Shown: piece by piece, positions 1-10,469 of the stretch
Numbering within the stretch: the first letter of the stretch is position 1
How the letters are laid out: each line of letters starts with the position of its first letter
Assembly (NCBI GenBank): GCA_951804945.1
Contig: OX638149.1
Location: forward strand, 97,898,001 to 97,962,000
DNA: 64,000 bases
Direction of reading: 5' to 3'
DNA from: Podarcis cretensis
Lineage: Eukaryota
The notes under the pieces: generated by a model
The model's database searches: none
Told to the model about the DNA's origin: nothing
The model's input: the letters and a program-made list of their open reading frames with translations, nothing else
Program-made: the position numbers and the translations under genes

Positions 1-1699
1 TTGTGCCGATATCCTGTTCACTAGGTGGTCAATCTGCACAAACCTGCTTTCATGTGCAGAACTGGGCCAGAATGCTCGTTTTCAAACACAGATGGCATAA
101 AAAAATATGCTTCATGCTTGCTATTCTTTGTGTTTTAGTGAAGTTCTTTAGAAGCTTATACTCTGTGCAGATGATTGTTTATTCAAATGCAAATACTACT
201 AGCAAAACTATTTTAAAAATCCAAGGGGTATCATCAATGGACTGCCTAGATAATATATTCTACCACTAAATATGAAGAACATTTCACTCAACATGACTCT
301 AATTTGCTAACCACATCAAGAAATCAAATGTAATTTTCATTATATATCTCACAACAATATCTAATTAGTGCATTCATGTTATGATCAGTGTTGATTTTGC
401 AGGGAGGTGAGAAGGAGAAGGAAGCCTATAGTCTACTATCTGAATCCACCACAACCCCCGTAAAATTAGCAATACAATAATATAATGGTTACCAATTAGT
501 CAAAGTTATTTACAGCATTTTAAGCAAATGAAAATCAAAGCTGGAAAATTTCCCATTAACAGAGAAAGTAATCAAGTGGGGGAGGGGAAACTATTCCAGG
601 GGAAAAACATTGCTTGCTTAAAAAAGAAAAGGTGGGGAATTGTTCTGTGAATATAAATAATATTAACTAATTTTATATTGGAATATAACTATGTTAGAAC
701 AAATTTTGTTTAAAAAATTGCCCTGCACATTTTCACCAACGTAAATTTTATTGGAATTTTCTGCAAAGTACAGAGAGGAGATACTAATAGAAGTTATTTT
801 AGCTGCCAGCAATTTCTGTCTATTGACTTCTACCCTCCTTTTGCCACAGGGTCATATATCCTTGTGTGACTCTTTTAGTATGGCTAATATGTGTAATTTA
901 GCTTTATCTCACTCTCTTGTTTTGTGTAACAGTGGTAACTAAAGTGTTGTTTGAGGTCTAATTTACAATCGCTAATGAAAGCGTAATTTTCCTATGCTAT
1001 ATTTAATACAATCCTTTCTTTTTTCATCACACCCACTGCATTTTTTTCTAATTGACCAAATTCAATTAGATTTCAATCATTGCCAGTTTATTAAGCCATT
1101 TCACTGTTAAATTAAAGAACATATTCCTCTGAGATACCAATGTGCAAGTAGGCTTCCACTTCAACAGCTGTGCTTTCAAGTAAGACCAACAGCTCATCAG
1201 ATCCGGAAAAAGTGCTTGCCTTAGCTCATTCATAATGTGTAAATAAACTCACAGTGCCATCCAGATGGCATTAAAAGTGATAATGGAGCTTAGCTGAAAG
1301 TTTTATCAGTAAATTCCACTGCAACTGGAGCATAGCAGGAAACTGTCTCGGTTGTCACAAGAGCAACCTAAATTGTTTAACTTAACAGTAGCTATAATCT
1401 CTTTGGTAACAGCCAACGCTATAAAGCATCGCTGGCAATGCCTGGACACCTCTACGGGAGAGCAGCTGAGGAGCAAAGAAGGCAGAGGAAGGATATGCAT
1501 TGCCCAGTTTCGTCTGGATGGTGGTGGCACATCATCAGTTGATACTGGTGCATGCATTTATACGATTCTGCATGGCTGCAGGGGGCTCCACAAGTGTGCC
1601 ATATGAGGTTCCACACACATGTAAAGCTAAAGATATGCTTATAGCGCTACCAGGAGGACTTCTGAATGTGATTACCCTGGAAGCTCAGTTGCCTGTTTA

Positions 1700-1800
1700 T
1701 GAACATCAGAAGCCGCCATGTACCAAATCAGAACACTGTTCCATTTGGCTCAGTATTGTCTACACAGACTGGCAGCAGTTCTCCAAGTTTTCAAACAGGA
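1700..1800 (-). mobile_element. Degraded 3' part of a tRNA-Ala-derived SINE (same family as 30338-30528)
   Basis: Shares the ctcagtattgtctacacagactggcagcagttctcca body with the copy at 30338-30528. Confidence 0.5.
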
Positions 1801-3047
1801 GCTTTTATACCTACAGTAAAAAATGATTTGGATGGTTGTTCCCTGGTGCCTATCTTCTCCAGCATAAGGCTATAGAGAGACCACATCAGAAATTACCCAT
1901 TTTCCATCATTCAACTGGCATAGGACAGATGGTGAACCTTCAAAAGGATGTCATATTTTTGAGGATGACAAACTAAGGCAGTTAGCTCATGTGGGTATGC
2001 ATTCACTTTTGAGTTCCGCCTTCCCAAATTAGGTTGGCATAACAGGATTCTAAATAAACTTCACTATCCAATAGGTATCAGGTTGTAATCTGCTGCCAGC
2101 AACTACCCAGTTATTGACTGTCGTGACAGAAAAGACTCCACCTGTTTCTGGATCCTCTCTCTGGGATTTTGTGCACACAAACCTCATCCATTTGTGCCCT
2201 CAACCAAGAGTTGTACCTCACCATTTGATAGCCAAGGAGAGAAAAATAAGATTAAGCTCTTAACAGTATTCATAGTACTATAGCCTCGTTACTTACATCT
2301 GAACAGCCTCTGTCGTTAAACAGTCTTGGGTTTCCACTGGTGACGACAAATATATTCAGGGAATAATGTGAAGTCCAAAAAGACATGTAGCAAGACTGCT
2401 GTTGTGGAGCTGATTTGAATGGCTATTAGATCACCCTCAGAGGATAAGTGAACTGAATAAATGTTGTCTACTATGGAAGCTGTAAACATTCCACAAATCT
2501 GCATTTATGAGATCAGTCCTTTCATACTGAAGAATTTACACCACTGGTATTTATTTCTTCCCATAAAGTGGGTCTTTATTGTCCTAATACTCTGTAGTTT
2601 TATGTGTCATGAATAATAAATAATCAACATCTCTTTCTCGAGAGGCGGCTAGTTTGCAGTCCTGTATTTCAAATGCTTTAGGTGGCACACACAAATTATC
2701 ACAATTGTCTTATAGCTTTGTGATAAATAAAACAACTAATAAACAAGAAGCTCAACTGCAGCAGCAAGGCTTACCAGAAGCTGATGGTGACACAGTCCTC
2801 AAGTTCTGCTTTATAAATTTGTGATATAATAGCAAGCTATCCTCGCTAAGGAAGCCCGCTGCATTAAACATCAGGAGTCAAGAGACGAGAAACTATGTTC
2901 ACGGAGAACAAATTATGCCATTCCACATCGCTTATTATAATTCAACGTCTACCACAGATGCTCAATCAAGTAAGTGTACTGCAAGCATTGCACATACTGT
3001 ACAACCAAGAGATGCAGAGGTGCAATGTTGGACTCTGTTGGTCACAC

Positions 3048-3231
3048 TGAGAGCTAGTGCTGTGTGGTGGATAGAAGGCTTGACTAGGACAGGGAAACTC
3101 AGGTTCAAGTCTACACTTAGCCATGAAGTTCAAGTAGGGTGACCTTGGGCCAGTGACTGTCTCTTAGGGTCATTATGAGGATAGAATAGGGAGGAACAAC
3201 AGACCCCTTGGAAGAAAGGTGGGATATAAAT
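3048..3231 (+). mobile_element. MIR/Ther1-like CORE SINE (Squam3-like), old
   Basis: Degenerate tRNA-like head with B-box caggttcaagtc, core gccatgaagttc...ggtgaccttgggccagt, and tail aaggtgggatataaat. Confidence 0.65.
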
Positions 3232-3859
3232 GCCAGGAAGGAAAGAGTAAGGTTATATTTATTTGGAAATGTATAATATGCTTTTCTTTATAAATATAAA
3301 ATCAAACTGTCTTACAATAATTAAAAACATACCCCATTTAAAACTGGCTCTTTATCATCAGATTGATTTAGAGAATGTCTCCATCCCCACCCACCCCCAA
3401 TAAATAACCAGATGCATTCCAAATTGACAGGGTTTATATGAAAAAGAATATATTCTTATTCGATTTCTTTGTCACCTTTCACCATGAGATGCAAAGGTCA
3501 CACCAATTTAAAACTACAGTACTGAAACAGTTAAAACAGTTTACAATGAAGAGAATAGGGTAGGTCCTAAAAACTTTGTCTCAGGTGTCAAAGGCCAGAG
3601 CAAAAGAGATCTCTCTAAAGCTTGTACACAAAGAGTGGCTGAGCCATGGCCAGTAGTTTTATGTGTTCCTCCAAGCCCTCCCCAAATTTGTAAGTTTTTT
3701 TATTTATAAAATTTGACTCTCCTCTGGGGTTGCCCCCCAAATTGTCCCCCATGTGCCCCCAGATTTGTCCATTAAAAAAAAAATTAAATAATGACTGTCC
3801 TCATGGGTATGTCACTATGATGCCCAAGGTTTTCTGTGGCTCTATATCTAGCATCTAGC

Positions 3860-3861
<2 letters not shown>

Positions 3862-3894
<33 letters not shown>

Positions 3895-3986
3895 ACACTT
3901 CTTAAAAACTTTTTACTGACCACTCTAATGCGTCTCCTGATTCTGTGACAGCAAAAGGTTTTTCTGACCCCAACCTCCAAAACGTG

Positions 3987-4019
<33 letters not shown>
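3862..4019. repeat. (TATC)n and (TTA)n microsatellites
   Basis: Read directly at about 3862-3894 and 3988-4019. Confidence 0.9.
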
Positions 4020-4020
<1 letters not shown>

Positions 4021-5353
4021 ATGTACCACCCATTTTATGCTTTAGCCTCAGCCACTTTTACTGCCTAGAGGGCTGCCCATGGGTCAATGCAGTCCTTGGA
4101 CCAAATGAAAGGTTAGCCAAACCTGCTGCACACAGTAAGCGCTTGCCCTCTTCCCTTCCCTTCCTCAAACACAACCAACTGTAGGGATGGCCTTGTACAG
4201 AAGCTTCCACCAGAGGTCCTGAGAACTAGAAGCACTGGGAAGCACTGGGAATGCAATATAAGGCAACACCAGTGTCCCTAGAAGAAATGAAACACAAATC
4301 CAAAGCAGCACTATTTGTGCTCACAGCATTGCTCCTTGCAGAAAAGCAAGATGTGGGCTGGACTTCAGATTGTATCCACAGCTCCATGAGGATGGCTAGT
4401 ATTGCATGTTTATAGACGGGATTCTCCAGCCACTGCACACAATGAGAGATTCTCACTTTTTGCAAGAAGGAACATGGTTGGCTCTGTTTTGCTAATATGT
4501 ATTTGTGAATACAGTTAGTTAATTATGCACATCGTTCTACTAAAGCCTGCACAATTATTCATTTTGATCGGGAGGCAAGCTCATCTACCCACAAATGTAC
4601 TAAGATCTTGACAAGTCTGTATTCTAAATTCTAACCTTGTCTCTAACCTTGCTATAAAATCTATTTTTAAAAGTATACGGTTCTCATTTTCCTTTGATAT
4701 CGGCATTTCATTGCATTCCTACTTATTGCTGCCTTTTCTTTTTCTTCTTTTGCCAAATAAGGATTCAGTCTGCTTTTATCTAAATTAGGTTTTAGAGCAA
4801 AGCATTATATGGAAATATCAGAGCCTTTGGTCTTTTTACAAACCTAGTTAGGATTCTCTTGCTACAGTTTTATTTCTCATAATACACTCTGAAACTAAAT
4901 CACCACCTGAAATAATAAAAAGCAGCTTTAAAAAGGGGATTAAGCAACCACCCTGGCATCTAAGGGTATGTATTTTTCAGTTTTGTTCTAATGAAGTCCT
5001 ACACATGGCTTATGCCTTCTTTGTCTGTTTCACAAGCTTATAAAGCTGAAATAATAGTTAATATGAGGAACAAGTCTGAAATTTTCTATTAAAATCCTGT
5101 GTAAGGCTTCCTTTAGATTGTTTAAATTAGCATAAAGCAGACACCAAATAGAGAGGAGAGGAATATGTAAGGATGGTTTTTATTGGACAGAACTTTCACA
5201 TTTACCTTCAACTCATTTAGCTTCAAATGCTTTAATGAATGGAAGTAAGATTATACCACCATACCAATGGCTTTACCACAACTGAGCAATGCTGAGCATG
5301 TTTTTTACAAGTTTGGCTGGCAACAAAATGTTGCATCATAGAGGACTCCTGTC

Positions 5354-5679
5354 TGTTGGTTTCTGCTCTCTTCACTGTGCAGCGAAAGGCTTGTCACAAG
5401 ACAATGTTTACATTCCACAGACAGCATTGCTGTTATGTTTCCCACGGGAAAGGGGAGGCTGGATGTGACGTACACTGGTTTCCTGTTTTTCACTGTTCTT
5501 TGCAGTTCAGTGTGATTCTCTCTGTGCTTCAGAGGAGAGAGGATGCCTTTTTCTGCTTCGGCAGAGGAAAGATGCATTTCTGTAATCTACCAGCTTTGAA
5601 ATGTAAATAAAGCAATATAGAGCATGTTGGCACGTATTCCTCATCATTCCGCTGTGCACTTGGATGCTACAAATCAACA
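5354..5679 (+). repeat. 5' LTR of Copia element
   Basis: Starts TGTTGG and ends TCAACA. Direct repeat of 10144-10469 (offset 4790). AATAAA at 5606-5611. Confidence 0.97.
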
Positions 5680-5683
5680 TTAT

Positions 5684-5697
5684 GGTTATGGGCCCAG
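5684..5697 (+). promoter_or_regulatory. Primer-binding site complementary to the anticodon stem-loop of initiator tRNA-Met (half-tRNA priming)
   Basis: GGTTATGGGCCCAG is the reverse complement of CTGGGCCCATAACC in tRNAiMet. This is the PBS type of Drosophila copia and yeast Ty5. Confidence 0.93.
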
Positions 5698-6067
5698 AAG
5701 ACGCAGTCATTGGAATTCCGGAAAAAGGATCGGAATGCAGAGGGACGGATCGGACGGTATCTGCGCGTCAAGATGATTGATGAGGTATGTGCTACTGCTC
5801 CGGGCAGCCTGCCAGCTTCTATTTAATGGCTTTATGGCTGGACTTTGAACTTTTATGTCCGTTTGCCGGCTACAGGCAGCGGCTATGCCTATGCTGGGGA
5901 AATCGAAAGTAACTTTTAAAAGTGCTTTTGGGCTGAAGCAGCTGCTGATAACAGTGACGCAGCATGATTTAGGGCAGAGAGAAAGCTGTTTTGAACTTGC
6001 CTTTGGAATGAGGCTTGAAGCAGCAGAGAAGCAGCTTGTATAAAGCAGCTTGTTTAAAGCAGCAGAT

Positions 6068-9000
6068 ATGATGCAGAAGGCTAATGCCAGAGACATGATG
6101 GCCCTTCAGGATGCTTGTGGGATTCCCAAGCTCAATAAGAAAAATTATACGGACTGGGTTATCTATGCAGAGGCTATTCTGCGGAAAGAGGGTCTGTTTG
6201 AAGTTATTACAGACACCCCCCCAGCTCCAGTTACAGATGCATGGAAAGCTAAAGATTCCAAAGCAAGGGGGACTCTTACATTGATAGTATCCCCAGAAGA
6301 GCTCTGTCTATTGCGTGATAAGACCTCAGCCAGAGAAATTTGGGACGCTTTGAGGGAGGCACACTTGAGGACAGAAGCTGGGTCTACTATGTTTTATTTT
6401 AACAAGCTGCATAATATGGCTCTTGCTGAAGGTGGAGATGTGCGTACACATCTGATGGAGATGCAGAATCTGAGACATGAGCTGCAACAGAGAGGACTCA
6501 ACTTTCCAGAGGCTGTGTATTCCTTCATGATACTACAATCTTTGGGTTCAGGTTGGGAGTCTGTTGCGACTCAGATTGCTGTACAGCCTACCGCTCAGCT
6601 GACAGTGGATTATGTTACTGCCGTGATTCAAAATGAAGCAGATCGCCGGGGTGCTGGCTGCATGGGAAAGGGGGAGACTTCACAGACGTCATCCCAGAGT
6701 GCAGTGGAACCACCAGATGGCGCCAAAGCTTTGAAGGCAGTGAAATGCTACTCGTGTGGACGTCTAGGCCATATGAAGAGGGAATGCAGATATCCCAGGG
6801 CCAAGACAGAGCAGCGCAGCGAAAGCTCATCGCGTGGAAAAGGCCAAAGCAGAGGCAAAGGTCCGGTGTCCAGGACAACGCAGCCCAAAGCAATGGTCTC
6901 ACGCTTCACTCCAAAAGTTGCAGAGGTCCAGAAGACGTCTAGATCTTTCTTCGTTGTTGATTCAGCGGCAACGCACCACATGTGCAACGATAAGCGACTG
7001 TTCGTGTCTTTTACACCGCAGGAAGGTGCGATTCACCAGGCGGATGACCACACAATTCCCAGTAAAGGCTACGGAACTGTTGTTCTTCACAGTTTGGACT
7101 TATCGATACAGAATGTACTTTATGTTCCAGATGCCAAACATAATTTGCTCAGCGTTGGACAGCTGAATGAGCGGAACATTGACGTTTCCTTTAAGAACAA
7201 AAGGTGCATCATCACAAAGAAAAATGATTATGTATTGTATGCTGAATATGTTGATCGTTTGTATGTTTTGTATTATGATGATGTTGTGCAGGATGACACT
7301 TGTTGCATTGCAGGTTCTAACAAATGTTTGCATGCAGAATGTATTCATGATTTTCATCGAAAATTTGGTCATTTGGGTTTTGAGGCAGTATCTAAAATGC
7401 CTGCCTTGGTTGAAGGTATGACTATTAAACCCTGCAGGTACCACATGAAGTGCAAGGCATGCGCAGCAAACAAGGTGAAAATGGCTGCGAAAGGTAAGGT
7501 GTCTAGTAGGCAAGCTACAGAACCATACCAAATTGTTCATGCTGATTTGGTTGGACCACTAGCGCCCTCTTTGGGTGGTAATAGGTACTTCATGGTTCTC
7601 ATTGATGCATTTTCCAGATATATTTATGTGTACAATCTCAAGCAGAAATCAGAGGCTTTTCCTAGGTTCAAGGAATTCTGTGCTTGGTTGGAAAATGTGC
7701 ATGGTAAGAAGGTAAAAACTCTTTTCAGTGATCGCGGAGGGGAATTCACTTCTCAGCAGTTTGAAGCTTTTCTGTCTGAGAAAGGAATTCAACACGATTT
7801 GTCTAGTCCTCGCTCGCCATGGCAGAATGGACTTGCAGAACGAGCAAATCAGACATTGCTTCAAGGGTTAAAAACCTTGCTGCATGATGCAAATCTTCCA
7901 GAGAGTTATTGGGCCGAAGCTCTCTCATGTTTCACTTACAGTTATAATCGCAGGTTATCTTCAGCGATTGGTTGTACCCCCTATGAGAAGATGTTTGGCA
8001 AGAAGCCATACATCAAACACATGAAAATTTTTGGTTCTGACATGTGGGTTCACTCACCACAAAACTCCAAGTTAGACAAGCGTGGTTTGCATGGTATCTT
8101 TCTAGGTTATGAGAAAGGTTCTTACAGAATAAGGATGACTGACTCTAAGACCATTAAGCTCACAAGAAGTGTTGAGTACAATGCCAAGTGGGGGGAGAAT
8201 GTGGGAATTTTCCAATGTTATCCTGATGACAGTGATGAGACTGAGGATAGTCAAAAGCAACCACAGCAACCCACACCCACTGATGAAAGTTCTGATTCTG
8301 AGTCTGAAACTGAATCAGGTGATTCAGAGGATTTCAAGAGTGCAAAAGCCTCTATGCGACCCTCTGAAAGCTCTGATCAAGAATTGGAGGAACCATTGTT
8401 CACAATAGGTCGTTTTTCTCCTAAGAAGGAAGAGGAGAGTGTTGAAGACCTAAGGCTAATTCGCAGGTCACAAAGAGCCACAAAAGGTAGACCTCCAAAG
8501 AGATTTGCTGATGAGTTTGCTAAGATAGCAGTAACAGCTGTTAAAAGCTCCAAGAAGGTATTTGAACCTTCAAGTTTCCAAGAAATCCAGGATTTGGATT
8601 CAAAGGAAGCTGAGCCATGGTTAAATGCCATGAAGGCTGAGCTTGATTCCTTGGAAAGGAACAAAACATGGGAACTTGTTCCAGTAGTTCCAGGAATGAA
8701 ACTGCTTGGAAGCAAATGGGTCTTCAAAGCGAAGACTGATCAAAATGGCAAGATAGTCAGACACAAAGCCAGATTGGTAGCCAGAGGTTTTGCACAGGTA
8801 CCAGGTGAAGACTATCACGAGACCTACTCACCCACAGTGAGGTATGAGAGCATTAGGCTTATGCTCAAGCTAGCTGCAGAGGAGAATTTACACATTAGTC
8901 ACCATGATGTGAATACAGCTTTTCTGTACGGATCTCTAAATGAATCACTTTATATGCTTCCACCTGATGGCGTACAGGTAAAACAGGGATTTGTTTGTGC

Positions 9001-10096
9001 TCTGAAAAAGTCCCTTTATGGTCTCAAACAAAGTGCACGGTGTTGGCACACAAAACTCACTGAAGTATTGTTTTCTCTAGGTTTTAAGCAAGGGAAAGCT
9101 GATCCATGTGTATTTGTCAAAGAGGAGGGGCAAAAGAAACTGTATTGCTTGTTTTATGTTGATGATTTATTATTCTTTTGGGATGATGTCACAATGTACA
9201 ATAACGCCCTAGCTCAACTGAAAGAGCACTTTGACATGAAAGACCTTGGTGAGGTAAACAACTACCTATCTCTGGAAATAGAGAGAGATCAAGATGGTAA
9301 CATTCTAGTACACCAGTCATGGAAAATTGCTGATGTGTTAGGCAAACTAAACCTGATGGATGCTAACCCTGTAGACACACCGATGATAACAGGTTATCAG
9401 GTAGATGACACTGAAGAAGCATTTTCTGACACTACACTGTACAGAAGTGTGCTAGGCAAGCTAAACTTCATTGCCAGATGTTCAAGACCAGACATTGCTG
9501 TTAGCTGTAATTTGCTAAGCAGACAAGTCAACAATCCTACTGTTAAGGATTGGAAAGCTCTGAAACGCATAGCGCGGTATTTGAAAGGCACTATGCATTA
9601 CAGACTGAGATTTAACAATCAGAAGTCTGGTGGTCTTGAGATATTTGCAGATGCAAGTTTTGGAGGTGACACAACAGACAGGAAAAGCACGTCTGGAGTT
9701 TGCTATATGTACAATCAGGGTCTATTTGATTGGTCATGCAAGAAGCAAACAACAGTTAGCTTAAGTACTTGTGAAGCTGAACTGAATGCACTGTCTTATT
9801 CACTCAAAGATTGTGAATGGTTGTTACAATTGTGCAAAGACATGAAAATTCCTGTCAAATGTCCAATCCAGGTTTACCAGGACAACAAAGCATGTTTGGC
9901 TTTGCTGAATTCTGAAGGTTGTAAGCAAAGCACGAAGCACTTGCAATTGAAGTTGCAACATGCTAGGGAACGTATTCAGAAGGGACTCGTAACGGTGTCC
10001 TATATGCCAGGTAATGAAATTCCTGCTGATGTATTGTCCAAGATTGTATCAAGGGATCAACACTGTACCTATGTGCAGAAGTTGGGTTTGTACTGA
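6068..10096 (+). CDS. Copia Gag-Pol polyprotein, 1342 aa from the first ATG (the ORF track starts at TTG 6050)
   Basis: Gag start IPKLNKKNYTDW; zinc knuckle CYSCGRLGHMKREC; protease VVDSAATHHM; integrase HHCC (HRKFGH...CKAC) and DDE (HADLVGP, SDRGGEF, NGLAERAN); RT (KWVFKAK, KARLVARGF, DVNTAFL, SLYGLKQS, YVDDLL); RNase H (ADASF, DRKSTSG, STCEAE, DNKA, ADVLSK). No stops or frameshifts. Confidence 0.97.
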   Translation: MMQKANARDMMALQDACGIPKLNKKNYTDWVIYAEAILRKEGLFEVITDTPPAPVTDAWKAKDSKARGTLTLIVSPEELCLLRDKTSAREIWDALREAHLRTEAGSTMFYFNKLHNMALAEGGDVRTHLMEMQNLRHELQQRGLNFPEAVYSFMILQSLGSGWESVATQIAVQPTAQLTVDYVTAVIQNEADRRGAGCMGKGETSQTSSQSAVEPPDGAKALKAVKCYSCGRLGHMKRECRYPRAKTEQRSESSSRGKGQSRGKGPVSRTTQPKAMVSRFTPKVAEVQKTSRSFFVVDSAATHHMCNDKRLFVSFTPQEGAIHQADDHTIPSKGYGTVVLHSLDLSIQNVLYVPDAKHNLLSVGQLNERNIDVSFKNKRCIITKKNDYVLYAEYVDRLYVLYYDDVVQDDTCCIAGSNKCLHAECIHDFHRKFGHLGFEAVSKMPALVEGMTIKPCRYHMKCKACAANKVKMAAKGKVSSRQATEPYQIVHADLVGPLAPSLGGNRYFMVLIDAFSRYIYVYNLKQKSEAFPRFKEFCAWLENVHGKKVKTLFSDRGGEFTSQQFEAFLSEKGIQHDLSSPRSPWQNGLAERANQTLLQGLKTLLHDANLPESYWAEALSCFTYSYNRRLSSAIGCTPYEKMFGKKPYIKHMKIFGSDMWVHSPQNSKLDKRGLHGIFLGYEKGSYRIRMTDSKTIKLTRSVEYNAKWGENVGIFQCYPDDSDETEDSQKQPQQPTPTDESSDSESETESGDSEDFKSAKASMRPSESSDQELEEPLFTIGRFSPKKEEESVEDLRLIRRSQRATKGRPPKRFADEFAKIAVTAVKSSKKVFEPSSFQEIQDLDSKEAEPWLNAMKAELDSLERNKTWELVPVVPGMKLLGSKWVFKAKTDQNGKIVRHKARLVARGFAQVPGEDYHETYSPTVRYESIRLMLKLAAEENLHISHHDVNTAFLYGSLNESLYMLPPDGVQVKQGFVCALKKSLYGLKQSARCWHTKLTEVLFSLGFKQGKADPCVFVKEEGQKKLYCLFYVDDLLFFWDDVTMYNNALAQLKEHFDMKDLGEVNNYLSLEIERDQDGNILVHQSWKIADVLGKLNLMDANPVDTPMITGYQVDDTEEAFSDTTLYRSVLGKLNFIARCSRPDIAVSCNLLSRQVNNPTVKDWKALKRIARYLKGTMHYRLRFNNQKSGGLEIFADASFGGDTTDRKSTSGVCYMYNQGLFDWSCKKQTTVSLSTCEAELNALSYSLKDCEWLLQLCKDMKIPVKCPIQVYQDNKACLALLNSEGCKQSTKHLQLKLQHARERIQKGLVTVSYMPGNEIPADVLSKIVSRDQHCTYVQKLGLY

Positions 10097-10129
10097 TATT
10101 GTACGAACACGCTGCCCAGTGGTGTTCAC

Positions 10130-10143
10130 AGAAAGGGGGAGGA
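10130..10143 (+). promoter_or_regulatory. Polypurine tract (plus-strand primer)
   Basis: AGAAAGGGGGAGGA directly abuts the 3' LTR. Confidence 0.9.
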
Positions 10144-10469
10144 TGTTGGTTTCTGCTCTCTTCACTGTGCAGCGAAAGGCTTGTCACAAGACAATGTTTA
10201 CATTCCACAGACAGCATTGCTGTTATGTTTCCCACGGGAAAGGGGAGGCTGGATGTGACGTACACTGGTTTCCTGTTTTTCACTGTTCTTTGCAGTTCAG
10301 TGTGATTCTCTCTGTGCTTCAGAGGAGAGAGGATGCCTTTTTCTGCTTCGGCAGAGGAAAGATGCATTTCTGTAATCTACCAGCTTTGAAATGTAAATAA
10401 AGCAATATAGAGCATGTTGGCACGTATTCCTCATCATTCCGCTGTGCACTTGGATGCTACAAATCAACA
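10144..10469 (+). repeat. 3' LTR of Copia element
   Basis: Identical to 5354-5679 and followed by the TSD CTGTC. Confidence 0.97.

Larger units (their letters stand above)
5354..10469 (+). mobile_element. Full-length, apparently intact Ty1/Copia LTR retrotransposon (5116 bp)
   Basis: Two 326-bp LTRs (TGTTG...CAACA) that read identical. 5-bp TSD CTGTC at 5349-5353 and 10470-10474. PBS, PPT and a single ORF with gag-PR-IN-RT-RH order. Confidence 0.98.

Noticed and set aside
6615-9591. Short alternative-frame and antisense ORFs inside Copia pol
   Set aside because: Expected by-products of a long coding frame, with no independent signals.
10097-10143. env-like extra ORF in the Copia element
   Set aside because: Only 47 nt separate the pol stop from the 3' LTR. 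The ORFs overlapping the LTRs (5305-5610, 9963-10400) have no recognisable motifs.
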